Notes: generated by a model from the letters alone, not told the origin. Positions 47,758-63,398 are shown, counted from the stretch's first letter. The stretch is 64,000 nt of DNA from Octopus vulgaris (GCA_951406725.2 OX597829.1:20522001-20586000), one strand, 5' to 3'. Program-made: numbers and translations.

Positions 47758-50700
47758 AAAGAACAGTAGCAGACACAAAGGATGACCAAAGCTGAGATTT
47801 AAGGACATATATAAGAGCAGTCTGACCAAGTGCTACATCAATACAAAAACTTGGGGAAAAGTTAGCTGAGGACAGAACAGCATGGAAAACCTCAGTGAAC
47901 GAAGGAGTCAAACAGCTTGAGGAAGACAAAATGCTGGCCCTAGAAGCAAAATGCCAAAGAAAGAAAGACAATACACCACAGTCCTGCAGCACCTTCCTTG
48001 CTGGCAGATTTTGCAACAGAACTTGCTCATCACACATAGGAAGGATCAGCTATGAGAGAAGCTGCAGGAAGAAGACTACAAGTACTTAAGACATTCTCCG
48101 CTGCTTAGACTGTCTGTCAAGAGGTAAAAAGCTGAATAGTAAAAGGCCATGGCTTGAACTTTGTATTCCATTATTACATCTGTTAGGTATGTTTCAGTAT
48201 TCAGTAATTAAATGATGTCACTCTATAAATATAACCCATACAGGGTCACAAACGTGCAGGTAAAGGCCAGTGGGAACAGAGTTGCAGGGGAAACAAGGAG
48301 AGATAGGGGTTGGACACAGACACTTCCTCAGAAATGTAAGCCAGTGTAGATAAAAAATAGGGGTCGGTCTCTGATTGGAAATGTGGGATCTAAGTCAAAT
48401 TATATGACCTTAGTAGAAGAAAGATAGCCAAGTGACTAGATATTGCATCTAAATGGTAGGCAAAGAGGACAAGGTTTTTAAATAACCACACCACTACATT
48501 CTGATAGATGCACATAGCTATACACCAATGTACATACATACAAATGCACAGATACACGCAAGAAGACACACACACAGGTACATGTACACACATACTTGTA
48601 TGCATATTTATATATATATAGTTAATCCAAAATGGAAAACACAACAACGCGAGGACGTGGAACAAGTATAGTGTTATTGGACGCTCAGGAAAGGAAAGAA
48701 AGAAGGGGGATTTAACGTTTCAAGTGGAGCTCTTCATCAGAAACATAGGAAAAGGAAAGATCCAAGGAAGGGATGACAGAGGAAAAAGATCGCCAACAAT
48801 ACACACGCGATCTGTACATATTATTATCATCATTTAGTATCTGTTTACCATGCTGGTATGGGTTAGATAGTTTCACTGGAATCAGTAAGCTGGAAAGCTG
48901 CACCATATTCCAGTCTATTTTGCCTCGGTTTCTATGGCCTGATGCCCTTCCTAATGCCAACCACTTCATAGAGTGCACTCAGTGTCTTTTATGTGTCAGA
49001 AGCACAGGCCACAACTGCATTAGGTTTGAATAAAAGATGAGATGGCCATGACTTCGAATGTCTTGAATACAAAATTATCTCAATCAAGAGTGACTGAGAG
49101 TGGGGGGGTGAAGGCATGCAGAAAGAATAACAAGAGAGGGAGGAAAGGTATTGGACAAGGTTAAAATTCTAGTAACAGAAGAAAGATGGAAGAAAAAGAG
49201 AGAAGAAAAAGAGGATGACAAAGAAAGAATCAGAATTTCACAACCTCAAAAGCTAAAGGACTGGCTGGCCAGAAATGCTCATGATATAAAGAAGAATGTA
49301 AAAAATTTTGAGCTGAAGTAGTTACTTTCTACAACAGATGTTCAGTGTATTCATTGGATAAGTGGGTGAAACCAACGAAAGTGTTTTCGGGATTCAAGTG
49401 GATGACCTTGAGCAAGATACTTAATTGGAGTTTTGTGTCAAATATTTGGTAGATAAGCAGTAGAGGTTTAATGACATGAAGAGTTAGTAACTTGAAGTAG
49501 GTTTTACAAAATTACAAGAGTGATGAGAAATTCAGTAAATTGCTAGTACATAAAAAATGGACCAAATATTTTGAAAAATCAAATATTGAATGCCGCTCAG
49601 AGATGTTCAGAATTGCACAACTTTTCCTTGCTGTAGCAACCCAAAATGCAAACACAAGTTGAGTTTTTCACTGATGTAAATTCAGTGGACAAAGGAAAGG
49701 AACAATAGTATTGAAGGTTATTCTATGAGGTTAATCATATATAGTAAAAATTTCATGACACATCTTGCAGTGACTTCTTCACCTTTTAAAAATCCAAATT
49801 AGGCAATGCTGAAAACATCAGATCTACAGAAAAATATCTTTGAAAAAAAGATATATACAAGTTATTAAAGCCAATGGAGGTTATATAAAGTATCAGATGG
49901 CATTCAGTGGATTTTTTTTTTTTGTATTTTTTAAAGTTTTTATGAAAAAGTTCTTGACAGGAGACTACACCAAGCTCTAGTGTTTGCCTTGACATGATTT
50001 TTATGGTTTGATGTCTTTTCTAACACCAACCACTTTATAAAGTGTACTGAGTGCTTTTTATGTGGCACCATCACCAGTGAGGTCACTAAGTAACTTGCAA
50101 TATTCCTCAGCTGAAGAGGAGTGAGTATTGAGGGACAGAAACAGGAGTCTTATAGTAGAAGAGAAACATGGCTGTTGAGTGAGAGAGGGGGGCATTAGGA
50201 AGATACATTTTGGGTAATTATACTTACATTTATTTGTTGATATAATTCATTCTGAAAATTTGTTTCTTTTTTTTTGTTTATTTTTTAGCTTCTACTGTAT
50301 GTTGGCCATGGAAGGCTGCAGTGATTGACAGTGGAAGTATACTGGGTTCTGCTTGTTCTGATATGACAACCCTAACCAGGAGCACAGCTAGGTTCTAAAA
50401 TCAAGGTGAGCGAACACATAAAAAGAAAAGAAGGCACCATACACATACCAAACAATTTTTATCTCATTGATTAAGACATCTTATAAAAGGTGCCAATTTT
50501 GAAAAATGTGCTTGGCAGGAATGGTCACTCTCCTTAGTTATGCCACTGATCCTAAAACACACATATGCACACACACACATGCACACACACGTGCACACAC
50601 AAACACACAGGGGGTGGGACACAATGAGTTTTTACTGCACTTTTGAATTTTAGAAAAAATATATTTCACAAATGTTCACTACTTTACAAAAACTATATCA

Positions 50701-51111
50701 GCTAAGCAAATGATCTTCGCTAAATGCATTAAAAACAAATATAAGATAATCTGAACACTATTTCAGAAAATTATCACCATTCTCTTTGAGTAAATAAAAG
50801 AAAACTTTAGCTGGGGAAAAATTAGTAAGCCAAAATAAAGTAAATTTGCTGCTTCAATTCTTAGGAATTACATTTGAAAAAGACTCATCACATCAATATC
50901 CATCCTTAAAAGGATCAGAAATGTAACAGAAATTAAAAATGGTGCAGGAGTGGCTGTGAGGTATGTAGCTTGCTAACCAACCACATAGTTCTGGGTTCAG
51001 TCCCACTGCGTGGCATCTTGGGCAAGTGTCTTCTGCTATAGCCCCGGGCCGACCAATGCCTTGTGAGTGGGTTTGGTAGACAGAAACTGAAAGAAGCCTG
51101 TTGTATATATG

Positions 51112-51148
<37 letters not shown>

Positions 51149-52570
51149 TTGTCTCCCTGGCATTGCTTGACAACCGATGCTGGTGTGTTTACGTCCCCGT
51201 CACTTAGCGGTTCGGCAAAAGAGACCGATAAAATCAGTACTGGGCTCGACTAAAAGCGGTGCTCCAGCATGGCTGCAGTCAAATGACTGAAACAAGTAAA
51301 AGAGTAAAAGAGAGAAAGGATCATGGAAAAATGGCACATGTTATGAAATTAATGAAACTTGAATAAAAAAACAATCTCAACATAAAATATTCTCTATAGC
51401 TTCTTCATAATCTGCTGGAGTGGCTCTCTTAAGTTGAGGAAAAATTTCTTGACGAAAAGTACTTGTCACCTGACTATGTTTCAGACTCTCTCAACTTCAA
51501 CAACTATGCTAACAAATGTTTACTCCTAAACACGATGCAATAATTGCAATGTAGTGACTTTAAACAGGTAGGAGAAATCAAAATTTACTCATTTTATCCC
51601 AGTTGCCATCTAATTTTGCACCCTGCCCTATATAAAAGAATATATATATATATTAAAAACAGGCTTTGAACCCATAGTAACATTCACGACAACTTCGATG
51701 TTACAATGGTTTCTTCTGACTCTACCCAGATCATTGATATAGTGGGCCTATTTCTACTTTCGAAAATTAGGGATGAGTTCCCAAATATCAGTGGAGGTCT
51801 ATACAGGGACGATGCCTTACTTGCTATATCTGGCTCTTCACTAGAAACAATAGATAGAATTAAGAAAAAAATTAATCAAATTTTTTAAAGTAGATAATTT
51901 AGAGATTATGTTTGAAAATACCACTAGAATTATTAACTTCTTAGATGTAATACTAAACTTAGATAATGGGCTATTTTATCCCTACAAGCCAAATAAATTT
52001 AACCATGCATTGTCAAACCATCCCCAAAGTATTATTAATGGAGTCATCAAAGGAATGTCAATTAGAATTTCCAACCTATCATCAAACCAAGAGATTTTCT
52101 ATAATGTGACGCCTATTTATAACACAGCCTTAAAGAATAGTGAATTCATGTAAAATATATATTATATCAAGAATACACTATTCAAATACAAATCAGGTAA
52201 GCTCTTTCCATTGATACCCTGTCCATAAACAACCCTTCTGAACAACAGGATGCCTCTCACTTTAGAAGATATCCAATTTATTCTAACTGTTCTTGTTACA
52301 ATAATAAGCATTGGCAAACTGGAAATAAAACAGCGAGAAAATGGGAAGTTATCTGGTTTAACCCCCACCTTTCTCCCTCAGGCCAAAAACCTCCCTAAAT
52401 TATTTGTTTGTGTTATTTACAAGAACTTTGCTGTGGACCATAAATACCACCCCATTTTTAATAGATCCTGTCTCAAACTATCATATTCATCTACGCCAAA
52501 TCTAGGATCGAAAATCACAGGGAATAATAAATTTAAGCTTAAGAATAATGGGAATACAGATAGTCTTAAT

Positions 52571-52619
<49 letters not shown>

Positions 52620-54128
52620 TAATAATAATAATAATAATGATAATAATAATAATAATAATGAACACAGATAATAAACATATAAATGTAAGGGAGCAGAATA
52701 AAGCTTGTAATTTCTGGAACTATTAATGAACCAAACAAGGTATACATAAGGAGCACAACCGATTTTAAGACAAGATATAGGGGACATATCAGCTCATTCT
52801 CAAATCCAGGAACAAAAAATTCAATGGCACTCGCTACATACATTAATGAACTAAAAACACGAAATAACAACTTAAACTGGTCTATTATAATGGAAACCAC
52901 TCCATATAAGACGCATACCAGAAAGTGTAAGTTACGTACTAAGGAAGAGTTACATACTAAGGAAGCAATGCATCTTTACCTTCTGACCGGCAGATTTAGA
53001 AAATAATTTTTTGTAACTAAACACTTTCAAACTTCGTATACTGGTAGAATGTGTCATATAAAATATCTTTTACTGTTAGCGTTTTTGAGAAAAATTTATA
53101 TTTAAGAAGTTATTTCGTTTTAAAGTTGTTGTATTTCGGTAATTTCAACCAATCAATGATGTGCATTCAGCTGAATAAAATTACTGCCATTGTTTGTCAG
53201 CAACAACTATTGGTGGTGTATTTTTCGTTTGTCACTGTTATTTTACTGATGGGCTGAGGATAATAGTATGCAATTTAATGCTGAAATATTCCAAGCCCTG
53301 CGCTACCGGCATCCAAAACTCAATATGAAACTTACAGGGTTCACTGGCCCACAGGGAATTTCAAACCCAGGGCCTAAATCAGTGACGGACCTGGGTATCA
53401 ACATTAGTGATGATACCTCTTTCCAAGTGCACATTACCAGGATGTCGACAAAGTGCAGGCGACTGGCTGCATGGATCCTGAGAACATTCAGAACCAGAGA
53501 TAAGGAAACCATGATGGTCCTCTGGCGGTCATTCGTCCTCAGCCACCTGGATTACTGCTCATAGCTATGGTCACCCAACAGAGTGGAATTCACAGCGGAC
53601 CTTGAAGCAATCCAACGAAGATTCACAAACAAGATCATCTCTTTGCAGCTGCTAAGCTACTGGGAAAGGCTGAAACAGCTAAGACTCTACTCTCTGGAGC
53701 GAAGGTGGGAGAGGTATGCAGTAATATACATCTGGAAGATCCTGAAAGGAATTGTGCCAAATTTTGACATTGAAAGCTACAGTAATGCCAGAACAGGTCA
53801 ACACTGCATAGTGCCAAAGATCCCAGCAATGCCATTGCGCATCAGGACCAGTTACCATCGGTTGTCAAGCAATGTTGGCAGGACAAACACAGACACACAA
53901 ACATATACACACACATACATAAATATATACATATATACGACGGGGCTGTTTTAGTTTCCGTCTACCAAATCCACTCACAAGGCTATAGTTAGCCAGAGGC
54001 AATAGCAGACACTTGCCAAGGTGCCATATATAAATGTTTATATACATATATACGCATTATATATATATATTATATAAATATTTATATATATGTAAACATT
54101 TATATATATATATATATATATGTGTGAA

Positions 54129-54198
<70 letters not shown>

Positions 54199-54404
54199 GT
54201 GAAATAGAAAGATGAATAATCTTGTAGTAGATTAATCAAAAGTTTAACCGATACCTTGGTAGCAAAAATCACAGCAGAAAACAGCACGGTTGGAGGTACA
54301 ACCATATGGTGTTGCAACCGTGCGTTGGTGCGGATAATTGAAATTAAAATATTATTGGTGAATTGAAGAAATGGAGCTGAACGAAGATTGAACAGAAATC
54401 GTTT

Positions 54405-54497
54405 TATTTCATTCTACACGTGTTTCGAAAGGCACAATTTACCAAAATCTGATTGAATAATGAGACCATATTGTGTCTTTCTCTTCAGGAAGAAATA
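54405..54497 (-). ncRNA. Type I hammerhead ribozyme, right-arm copy
   Basis: Mirror of 7304..7396 with core and stems conserved. Confidence 0.8.
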
Positions 54498-55099
54498 GGA
54501 AATCCGTTGGAAAAAACAAAAACAGAACAGAGGCGGAGCAAAACAAATCGAACTAGGCTCCTAAGAGCCCATGGCAAAACTGTTTATCAGTGTATGTTGA
54601 GAACCGGTGGCTGAAGATTTTAACGGGTCAGGCAGCGGTCAATCATGTGGATGAGGGTGTGTAGATGTTCTTTGTGACCGAGAATAAAGTTCTGACTATT
54701 TAAGGAATATTGGATGTTTTATAAGGGGCGAGAAAAAATCTACTTAGAGACATGTGTGTGTATACTGTTCTATATATGTGTGTGCTGGCGTAGGGGTAGA
54801 AAACATTTGTTTGTGTACGTGTGTGCGTTTGATCGCTCGGCTGTCAGTGGCTAAGCCGCTCTCCACAATGGCTACTGCAGTAAGAACCGTTGGGTGGCAG
54901 AAAAAAATATATATTATGTTTTATGTGTGTGTGTGTTCGTCTGAGCCTGCCTTGTCAAGGTAACCCCCCTATGTCAAAAAACCAAGCCCCGTTTATCTTA
55001 CAGGAGTAATTCCCCTTGCAGTGGTTAATCGTAAATATCTTAAAGGCTATTTCAGAATTTGTTACCAAGGGCTATGGGTGTCGGTATTATTTATAAACG

Positions 55100-56904
55100 C
55101 TATTTAAAAGCCAGATAAGTGTAACGCCGCCAATGGGGGCATCGAAAAGCCGACTGTAAAAGTCCGTTTACCATCCGGCCTCTGGCAAACAAAATATGGA
55201 AGAGTTCGGAGACACAAAGGTTGCACTGCCTTCTGCCCCTATCAAATGGGAGGGCCACCGACAAAATTGACCATTCCAGCCTGTAGCTTGAGTTCGTATC
55301 CTTCAGTCGCCATATTAGCTTGCTGAGTCCCGTGGTCTGGCGCTTGTTCATGTCCCGAAAAGTTGCGTAATGGTTGGAGACTCGCAAAGCCAATCTTGAC
55401 GATGAGGCCCCTACATAAGTGAAGACATCTGAGTCCGTGTAAACCTTGCATTGGTAGACGGCGTTTTTGATCTTGGAGTTCGCCGACGTGAATCTTATTC
55501 TGCTAGGATTAGTTTCTGAAATTAGAACTGCGTTCCTGTCACTATATTCGTTCCGAGAACTGCAGCCGCTTACTACTCTATTTTCCACTACGTCACTATT
55601 AACTATAGGAATAACCCCTGATTCTCCACTATCTATCAGAGTGCTGTCATTGCTAGTGCCCGTGGTGCTGCTATTGCGGGAAATGATGCTGGGGATGCTA
55701 TTGGGGCTCTCTACCCTACTCCCATTGTTACCGTCAACCACAACACCCCTATTTATAACTATACCCCTAGTGGGTACTCCCTGGCTGGAGCTGAGATTAT
55801 GTGTCACTGTACTGGCTCTCATATCATTATTACTACTATAATTATTCCTACTGAGCATTAAACCGGGAGCGGAAGAGGCTGAGCCTCCGGAAAAAGGTGA
55901 TAGGGTCTTAGTAAGTAGCCTATTATTATGGGAGGCGATTATCTGGGCGAGGTTTTTAGTGTTGGAGAAAGCTATCCTAACTTTATGCGAGTTAACCGCG
56001 GAGTAATATTTGGAATTTCTGGGGAAGTTATTGGCGATGGCTTGTCTAAACATGAGGGGGAGGTTAGTTCTAATCTGCTTACCAAAGGGAATTACAAACC
56101 ATATATGCTTATTCCTATCTGTGTGATGGGTCGGGACGCCAGCTCTCGCATTCGGGTGGGTGATTCTCGGATGAATAACGGGTCTTGGGTTAGTGTAAGA
56201 TCTCCCGGACCGATAATTATCCTTGTTCACTAAATTAAATGCGGGAGCGACTGCCCCGGCATCCGCCGCGCTCCCGTCCTTACTTAAATTGATTATGTTA
56301 TTATAGACGGCCCTATCCTGATGACCGAATGATGGCATCGGAAGGGCCGGATCAATATAAATTACCTTCTGCCTATAACCGGCCTTGGATAGTGCGGCGT
56401 TATAAAATTCCGCTTTCTGCATAAAAATATCGGCACTGGCGGACAAGCCAGACAATCTTAGAGAGATGTTTTTAACCAAATTGTCTGTTACGGTTTTGGC
56501 ATGATTTGAGAAGACACTGACATACTTCAAATTAGTGGAAGGCTTATGGTAAGGGCAGTATGAGTCGCTATTAAGGTTAAGCGTAACGTCTAGGAAATTA
56601 GCCTTGGTGAGTTCATTATCAAAAACTATACTCATGCCCATTCTATTAAAAAACCTAGCTAACCTGCTCTTAGTTTTCTGCACTATTCTGTTCGTGGTGT
56701 TTTGCAGGTAAAACAGACAATCGTCACGATACAGGCCGCCCGCGATCTCCGGGAATTGGTCGGACAATTCGTAGAGAATATATATTCCGACCAAATCGGC
56801 TATCTGCGCACTATCCGAACTACCCATAGGCACATCAAATTCATTGGGAGTATCTTTACGGATCCACAACTTATTATCAAACTTAATAAACGATTTCCTG
56901 GCAA
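55100..56904 (-). mobile_element. Penelope-like element 1, right-arm copy (also open)
   Basis: ORF 55100..57004 is nearly identical to 4907..6739. Confidence 0.9.
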
Positions 56905-56946
56905 CTAAAATGATATATATATATATATATACACACACATATATAC

Positions 56947-56983
<37 letters not shown>

Positions 56984-58112
56984 TTTATATTTATATATAT
57001 ACATAAATATTTATATTTATATATATATAAATATTTATATTTTTATATATATATAAATATTTATATTTATATATATGAATATTTATAGTTATATCTCTCT
57101 ATATATAAAACTGAGAATGTGTGTCTATCTGTCTGTCTGTGTGTTTGCCTAAAACTTGAGAACTACACAACCAATTTCATTCAAATTTTACACATGCCTT
57201 ACTTAGGATCCATGTAGTTTCATGAGCAAAAAAATGTTCAACTTGCCTAGGGCGAGCCCATAGCAATATCATATCTTCTCCACTGTTTCAGTATTACATG
57301 TTAAAAGTGAAACAAAAACATTTCTCTATTTTATGTCTGATACTTTCACTTTAACAATAAAAATTAGAGATTATAGTAACAATTGAGTTATATGTAGTAA
57401 GTAATAATTAAAATCAAACGAAAGTATAATATAACCGTAACATAACAAAAGTAAAAATAGCAATTCGTATAAAATTGCATCAATGACTTGAACTTGAATA
57501 AGTGGTTTGACATGAATGGGAATAAATTAAAAATATAATTAGTGCGCAGAAATGGAGTAGTCCATTAAATTAAAGAAAAGACTATTGTCTATAAAGTACA
57601 CAATGTAGAGAAAAAAAAAGATTTGAACACCTGAAGGAAAGCACCATCGAAAAGTGTCTTGGTGCGAGTATGAAAGATATCAAGTATCTAACCAGAGGCA
57701 GTAAATTTGCCACAATAGAAGCAAGGTTCAAGTCAACAGAGCGTGCAAGGGAGTACTCGAGTCGAACCTTGGAAAGTGGAAATATTTTATTTTTACCTTT
57801 ATATCTGGGATGTAGGACGTCCCGGATAAAAATTTTAAATGCCACCCCAGAAGTAGAGGTAGGCTGGATTGTAACCACACTTCTATACAAGAGGGAGGAC
57901 AAGATACAATTCATCAAATTACAAGAGGCAGGATTACAATTCCAATCTGTTATACATTTTGAGTATTGTTATCACTAGCGATATCAAGATATAACTTTGT
58001 ATTTTATATTTTATGTGTAGATGTATATATATATAGATGTACACATATATATACACATATATAATGCTAGTATATATATAAATATTTATATATATATAAA
58101 TAAATATATAAA

Positions 58113-58175
<63 letters not shown>

Positions 58176-58750
58176 TGTTGTATTTAGGAATGGTAATTTT
58201 GCCAGTTTAGCCAATAAAAACACACGCACTATATATTTGGTGTTACTTTGCTTCAGTGTTATTTATTTTTTACATTAATCTTAATCTTATTTCGGCCAGA
58301 GTTCTTTCGTCATACTCATGTGACCGCATCAGTGGTCCTTTGTTTTCTTCTTACTTATTTGTGTAAGGAGAGACACAAATAAGTAAGAAGAAAACAAAGG
58401 ACCACTGATGGCGCAATGGCCTAGTGGTTAGGGCAGCGGACTTGCGGTCGGAGGATCGCGGTTTCGATTCCCAGACCGGACGTTGTGTGTGTTTATTGAG
58501 CGAAAAAAACACCTAAAAGCTCCACGAGGCTCCGGCAGGAGGTGGTGATACCTGCTGTACTCTTTCACCACTCTAAAGGCGGTGCTCCAGCATGGCCGCA
58601 GTCAAATGACTGAAACAAGTACAAAAAAAAAATATATAGTGCATGTGTTTTTATTGGCTAAACTGGCAAAATGACCATTCCTAAATACAACAATATCTGT
58701 TTCAACGCACGACTTCACATAAAAAATCTTGCACAACAAATATTTAAACG

Positions 58751-58843
<93 letters not shown>

Positions 58844-60810
58844 GAAAGAAGGTTTGGAAATGCAATTTTAAAAGATGTTTATTTACTTTACCGGTTTCAC
58901 TCTTTGGAAAAAGATTGTCAAAAGTAACATGTAGAAGTTTGGTTGCGTTAATTATTGGTTGTTACAAAATGCTACATTACATATATACAGTCTTTGGTAA
59001 CAAGGACATGTTAAGGACATAAAAATTTGAACAAGTTCCCAAAAATATTGGGCACAAAAGATTACAACATAAATAATCATTCTCAGGAACATGTGAAGGA
59101 TAGTTTCCGGAAGGAATTATTAAAAAGTTCAGTAGGATATTGGTATTGTATTTGTATATTCAAACACGCACAGAATATTGGTTGACACAGAGTACTACAA
59201 TACATATATATACATTCTTTGGTGACAAGAGCTTGTTAAGAACATAAAAATGTTTAACAAGTTCATTGAAATATTAGGCACAAAAGATTACAACAAATAT
59301 ATTATACATTTTCAAGATAATTTCCAGAAGGAATTATTAAAAAGTTCAGTGGAATATTGGTATACAAGCACAGAATATTATGAGTTCGAAAAAGTTTACA
59401 TTATAATAGTATGGAAGCTAAAACTGACCTGTCCACCATGTTAACTTAAAAGAATATTATCTATTTCAGGGGACACTGTAGGTGTGTTTGGGTGGGGGGA
59501 AGGAGGAGTAATGTGGAACCTTCAAGCATCAATGATTTGGGGGATTGGCTTTAGAGGTCAGGATGGTTTGAGTATGTGTGTCTTTGTGTGTGTGTATATA
59601 CATATGTGGATAGATGTGTCTGTGTGTTTATAAAATCTGGTAGGATGGTGTGTGTATATGTGTGCCCATTTGTCAATCGTGTGTGATTGTCTTGGTGTTG
59701 TGTGTGTGTGTGTATATGTATGTATGTGTGTGATTGGCATTTGGCATGGTGCTGCCTGTGTATATGTGTGTCTGTATGGAGGTCAGAATGGTGTGAGTGT
59801 GTGTGTGCCTTTGTGTGTGTGTATATATATGTATACATGTGTTTGTGTGTGTGTGTATGGGGGGGCTGTTTTTGATTGGTCCCAGGGTCCACTGTGGTGT
59901 AAATAGATGTGTTTTTAAAAATTTGGTACGATGGTGTGTGTATATGTGTGCCCGTTTGTGTGTGTGTGTGTGTGTATGTATGGTTAATGTTTGCTAGTGT
60001 GTTGTGTGTGCATTAGTGTGTATGTGTTTGTTCGTATGTGTGTCCATGTCAGTTGGGTGTATCTGTGTGGCGTGTGTGTGTGTATATACGTTTTGTATTT
60101 GTTGGTATTGCGTATGTGTTTGTGTGTGTGCGTATATATGGTGTGAGTGTGTGTGTATATATGTGTATACATGTGTTTGTGTGTGTGAGGGGGGAGGCTG
60201 TTTTTGATTGGTCCCAGGGTCCATTGTGGTGTAAAGAGATGTGTGTTTTTTAAAATTTGGTGGGATGGTGTGTGTATATCTGTGCTCGTTTGTGTGTGTA
60301 TGTGTGTGGTTAATGTTTGTTAGTGTGTTGCGTGTGCATTAGTGTGTATATGTGTCCATGTCTGTTGGGTGTATCTGTGTGGCGTGTGTGTGTGTATACG
60401 TTTTGTGTGTGTTGGTATTGAGTATGTGTTTGTGTGTGTGCGTATATATGGTGTGAGTGTATGTGTCTTTGTGTGTGTATATGTATACATGTGTTTGTGT
60501 GTGGGCTGCTTTTGAATGGTCCCAGGGTCCATTGTGGTATAAATATATGTGTGTGTTTTTTTAGAAATTTGGTAGGATGGTGTGTGTATATGTGTGCCCG
60601 TTTGTCAATCATGTGTTTGATAGACAATGTAGACCCCAACCCACACAAGAACCGTTCCAGAATCGGAGATCCTACCCATCACTTAGAAACCTACCTCTGA
60701 ACTATGATTGTAGATCCCAACCCAAACCGTTCAAAACTCAGAGTTCCCTCCCAACATATAAGTATTTAACTCTAAACCATGACTGTGGTTTCCAACCCAC
60801 TCTAAGGAAC

Positions 60811-61316
60811 TGTTACGAACTTGTGAGTGTCTTCTCTGGACCTTTTGGGGGTGCGAGAAGCAATCACTTTCCGTTGCTTTAATAATCCAGATTCTCTACC
60901 CGTCAGAAACAACAAGACGCAAACGTAAATAATATATATCTACTTTATTCTCTTATGTGGTAACAGATAATTGGTGTATCTGGCATCCCTTTGGTATAGT
61001 TGTGTCTCAGCTGAACCTTATCGCTGTAAAATGAGAAAGTGTTCAAATGCAAAACGACACTGGTCAAAGATGGCGTCCGGAACAGGGAAGATGATGTGGT
61101 CGGCAACAATTTGGTTAAAATCTTCGGCCGACTGCTATCAAATACGGACAGAGAGAATATACGTGTTGTACCTTCGATAGCCATGTCTCAAGTCGCTGCT
61201 GACTGCTGCTAGTGGTCAAACGTTCTACGATCCCCTTGCCTCGGCTAACTGCTACGTAGGCAAAAGGGTTCTTCTTCCGGGGCTTCGCGCATGTGCCGCT
61301 GTATAGCGTCACTACA
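60811..61316 (-). mobile_element. Solo LTR, right-arm copy
   Basis: Mirror of 467..972 with GAAC flanks on both sides. Confidence 0.85.
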
Positions 61317-61882
61317 GAACCAACATTGCACCCAGTACGAACAACCCAGACCCTGGAATAACCAAAACTCTTCCAGTAGGACACACCAACAACTCAGAAT
61401 CTGGAACAACCAAAAACCCTTTAGCAGACAACAAATCAACGGTGGAAAGAACCACACTCTCTTGAGTCATTCCCAGTAGCTTATATGCTGCACAGAGGCT
61501 ATTTTCTTCGGGTAGCTTCGTTGGATCGCCTCAAGTTCTGTGATTAACTTGACACTGGATGGTGACCATAGCTGAGAGCAATAGTCAAAGTGGCTTAGAA
61601 CAAGTGTCCTCCAGATGACCATCATGGTTTCCTGGTCTCTTGTTCTAAAGGTTCTTAGAATCCATCCGGTCAGTCGCCTAGATTTCATTGCCGATTTAGC
61701 AACATGCACATGAAAGGTTGCATTATCACTCATGTAAATACCCAGGTCTCGGACTGATTGTGCCACTGGGATTGCAATCCCTCCAGGTCCAGTGTATTTA
61801 TTGGGTATTGCATATAGTTTTGCATGCTGATAGCATAAAGCTTGAAACTTTTCAGCATTGAACTGCATGCTATTCTTTTCAG

Positions 61883-61963
<81 letters not shown>

Positions 61964-61974
61964 TATATAGAAGG

Positions 61975-62025
61975 AGCTTCTACAGGACTAGAACTGTTTC
62001 ATTCAAGAGAAATCTTCAGGAAGCT
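61975..62025 (-). ncRNA. Type I hammerhead ribozyme
   Basis: AGCUUC-CUGAAGA-UUUC(UCUU)GAAU-GAAA-CAG(UUCUAGUC)CUG-UA-GAAGCU: full core, 6-bp stem I, GUA triplet. Confidence 0.8.
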
Positions 62026-62314
62026 AGTTAACAAGAATTGTATTGGCATTTATACATTTAGGCAGGTTTAAAGGGGTGTTGGTGGGGGACTTTTTGGGGG
62101 TAGGCATAGCGCAAAATATCATACTTGGGGGAGTGGTCAAGGAGTCAGTGTTAAATTAGATAGAAGAATAAATAAAAAAATAAAAAAATAAAAAAAATAT
62201 AAAATAATAAAATTTAAAAAAAATAAATAAATAAATAAATAAAAAAATAAAAAAATCTATATATAAAAAAAGGGGAATAGAGTTTTAGGTAAATAAGGAG
62301 ATTCTCACTTATAC

Positions 62315-63130
62315 CTATGCACACATGTATACATACATACACACACATACAAACATATATACATATACATACACACATACATACACACACATATATATAC
62401 ATATATATACACTTACACATACATATACATATCTACACATACACATATATGTGTGTATACATACACACACTCACATGCATACACGTATACACACATGTAT
62501 ATATACACACACGACCACACATACATATACGCACAGAAAAATATATATACACATACACACACATACTCACATACACGCATACACACACATATCCACACAC
62601 ACACATGCACACACAGCACACTAGTCCCTATATACACATATATACACATACACACACATATACACACACACATATACATATACATACATGTATATATATA
62701 TATATATACATATATATACATATGTGTACCTATGCATACCTACACACACACACATATATATACACATACAAATACAGACCCATTCCCTAATTTTAATTTT
62801 ATTATCTTCGTTTATTACTTTTGTTATCTTTGGCCGCTTGGTCACAAACATCTTGGCTATGACAGCCAGTCCATTTATCTGCCTACTGGAAAACAAGCAC
62901 TCATTCACTCACGCACACTCTTTAGCACGTACACTCACTCATTCGTACACTCATACACATACACGCACGCACGCGTTATATTCATACATACATACATCTA
63001 CATACATTCACGTATATACACATACGTACGCGTACCTACAGATTCATGTCTACACTCTTAGAAGGCTAGTCTATATATATACACCAATAAATATAAATAC
63101 ACACACATACATATACACCTACATACAAAT

Positions 63131-63185
<55 letters not shown>

Positions 63186-63398
63186 CATATATATACGCAT
63201 ACATATACATACACACATACACACACATACGCATACACACACATATACATATATATACACACATACACATACATACATATACACACATACACATACATAC
63301 GTATACATACATACATACATCCATACATCCATACATACATACATTTATACACATACACACACCCACATACATACATATATATACGCGCATATATATAT

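Larger units (their letters stand above)
36022..61782 (-). repeat. Right arm of giant inverted repeat
   Basis: Mirror of 1..26445; position 1 pairs with 61782. Differs by SNPs, microsatellite lengths and several arm-specific indels. Confidence 0.95.

Noticed and set aside
53165-53235. Possible hammerhead downstream of Penelope relic 2
   Set aside because: A stem-loop is present but both core boxes deviate (CTGAATA, no GAAA).
58410-58480. tRNA-like sequence with A and B boxes
   Set aside because: No clean cloverleaf, and it continues into a SINE body; treated as a SINE head.
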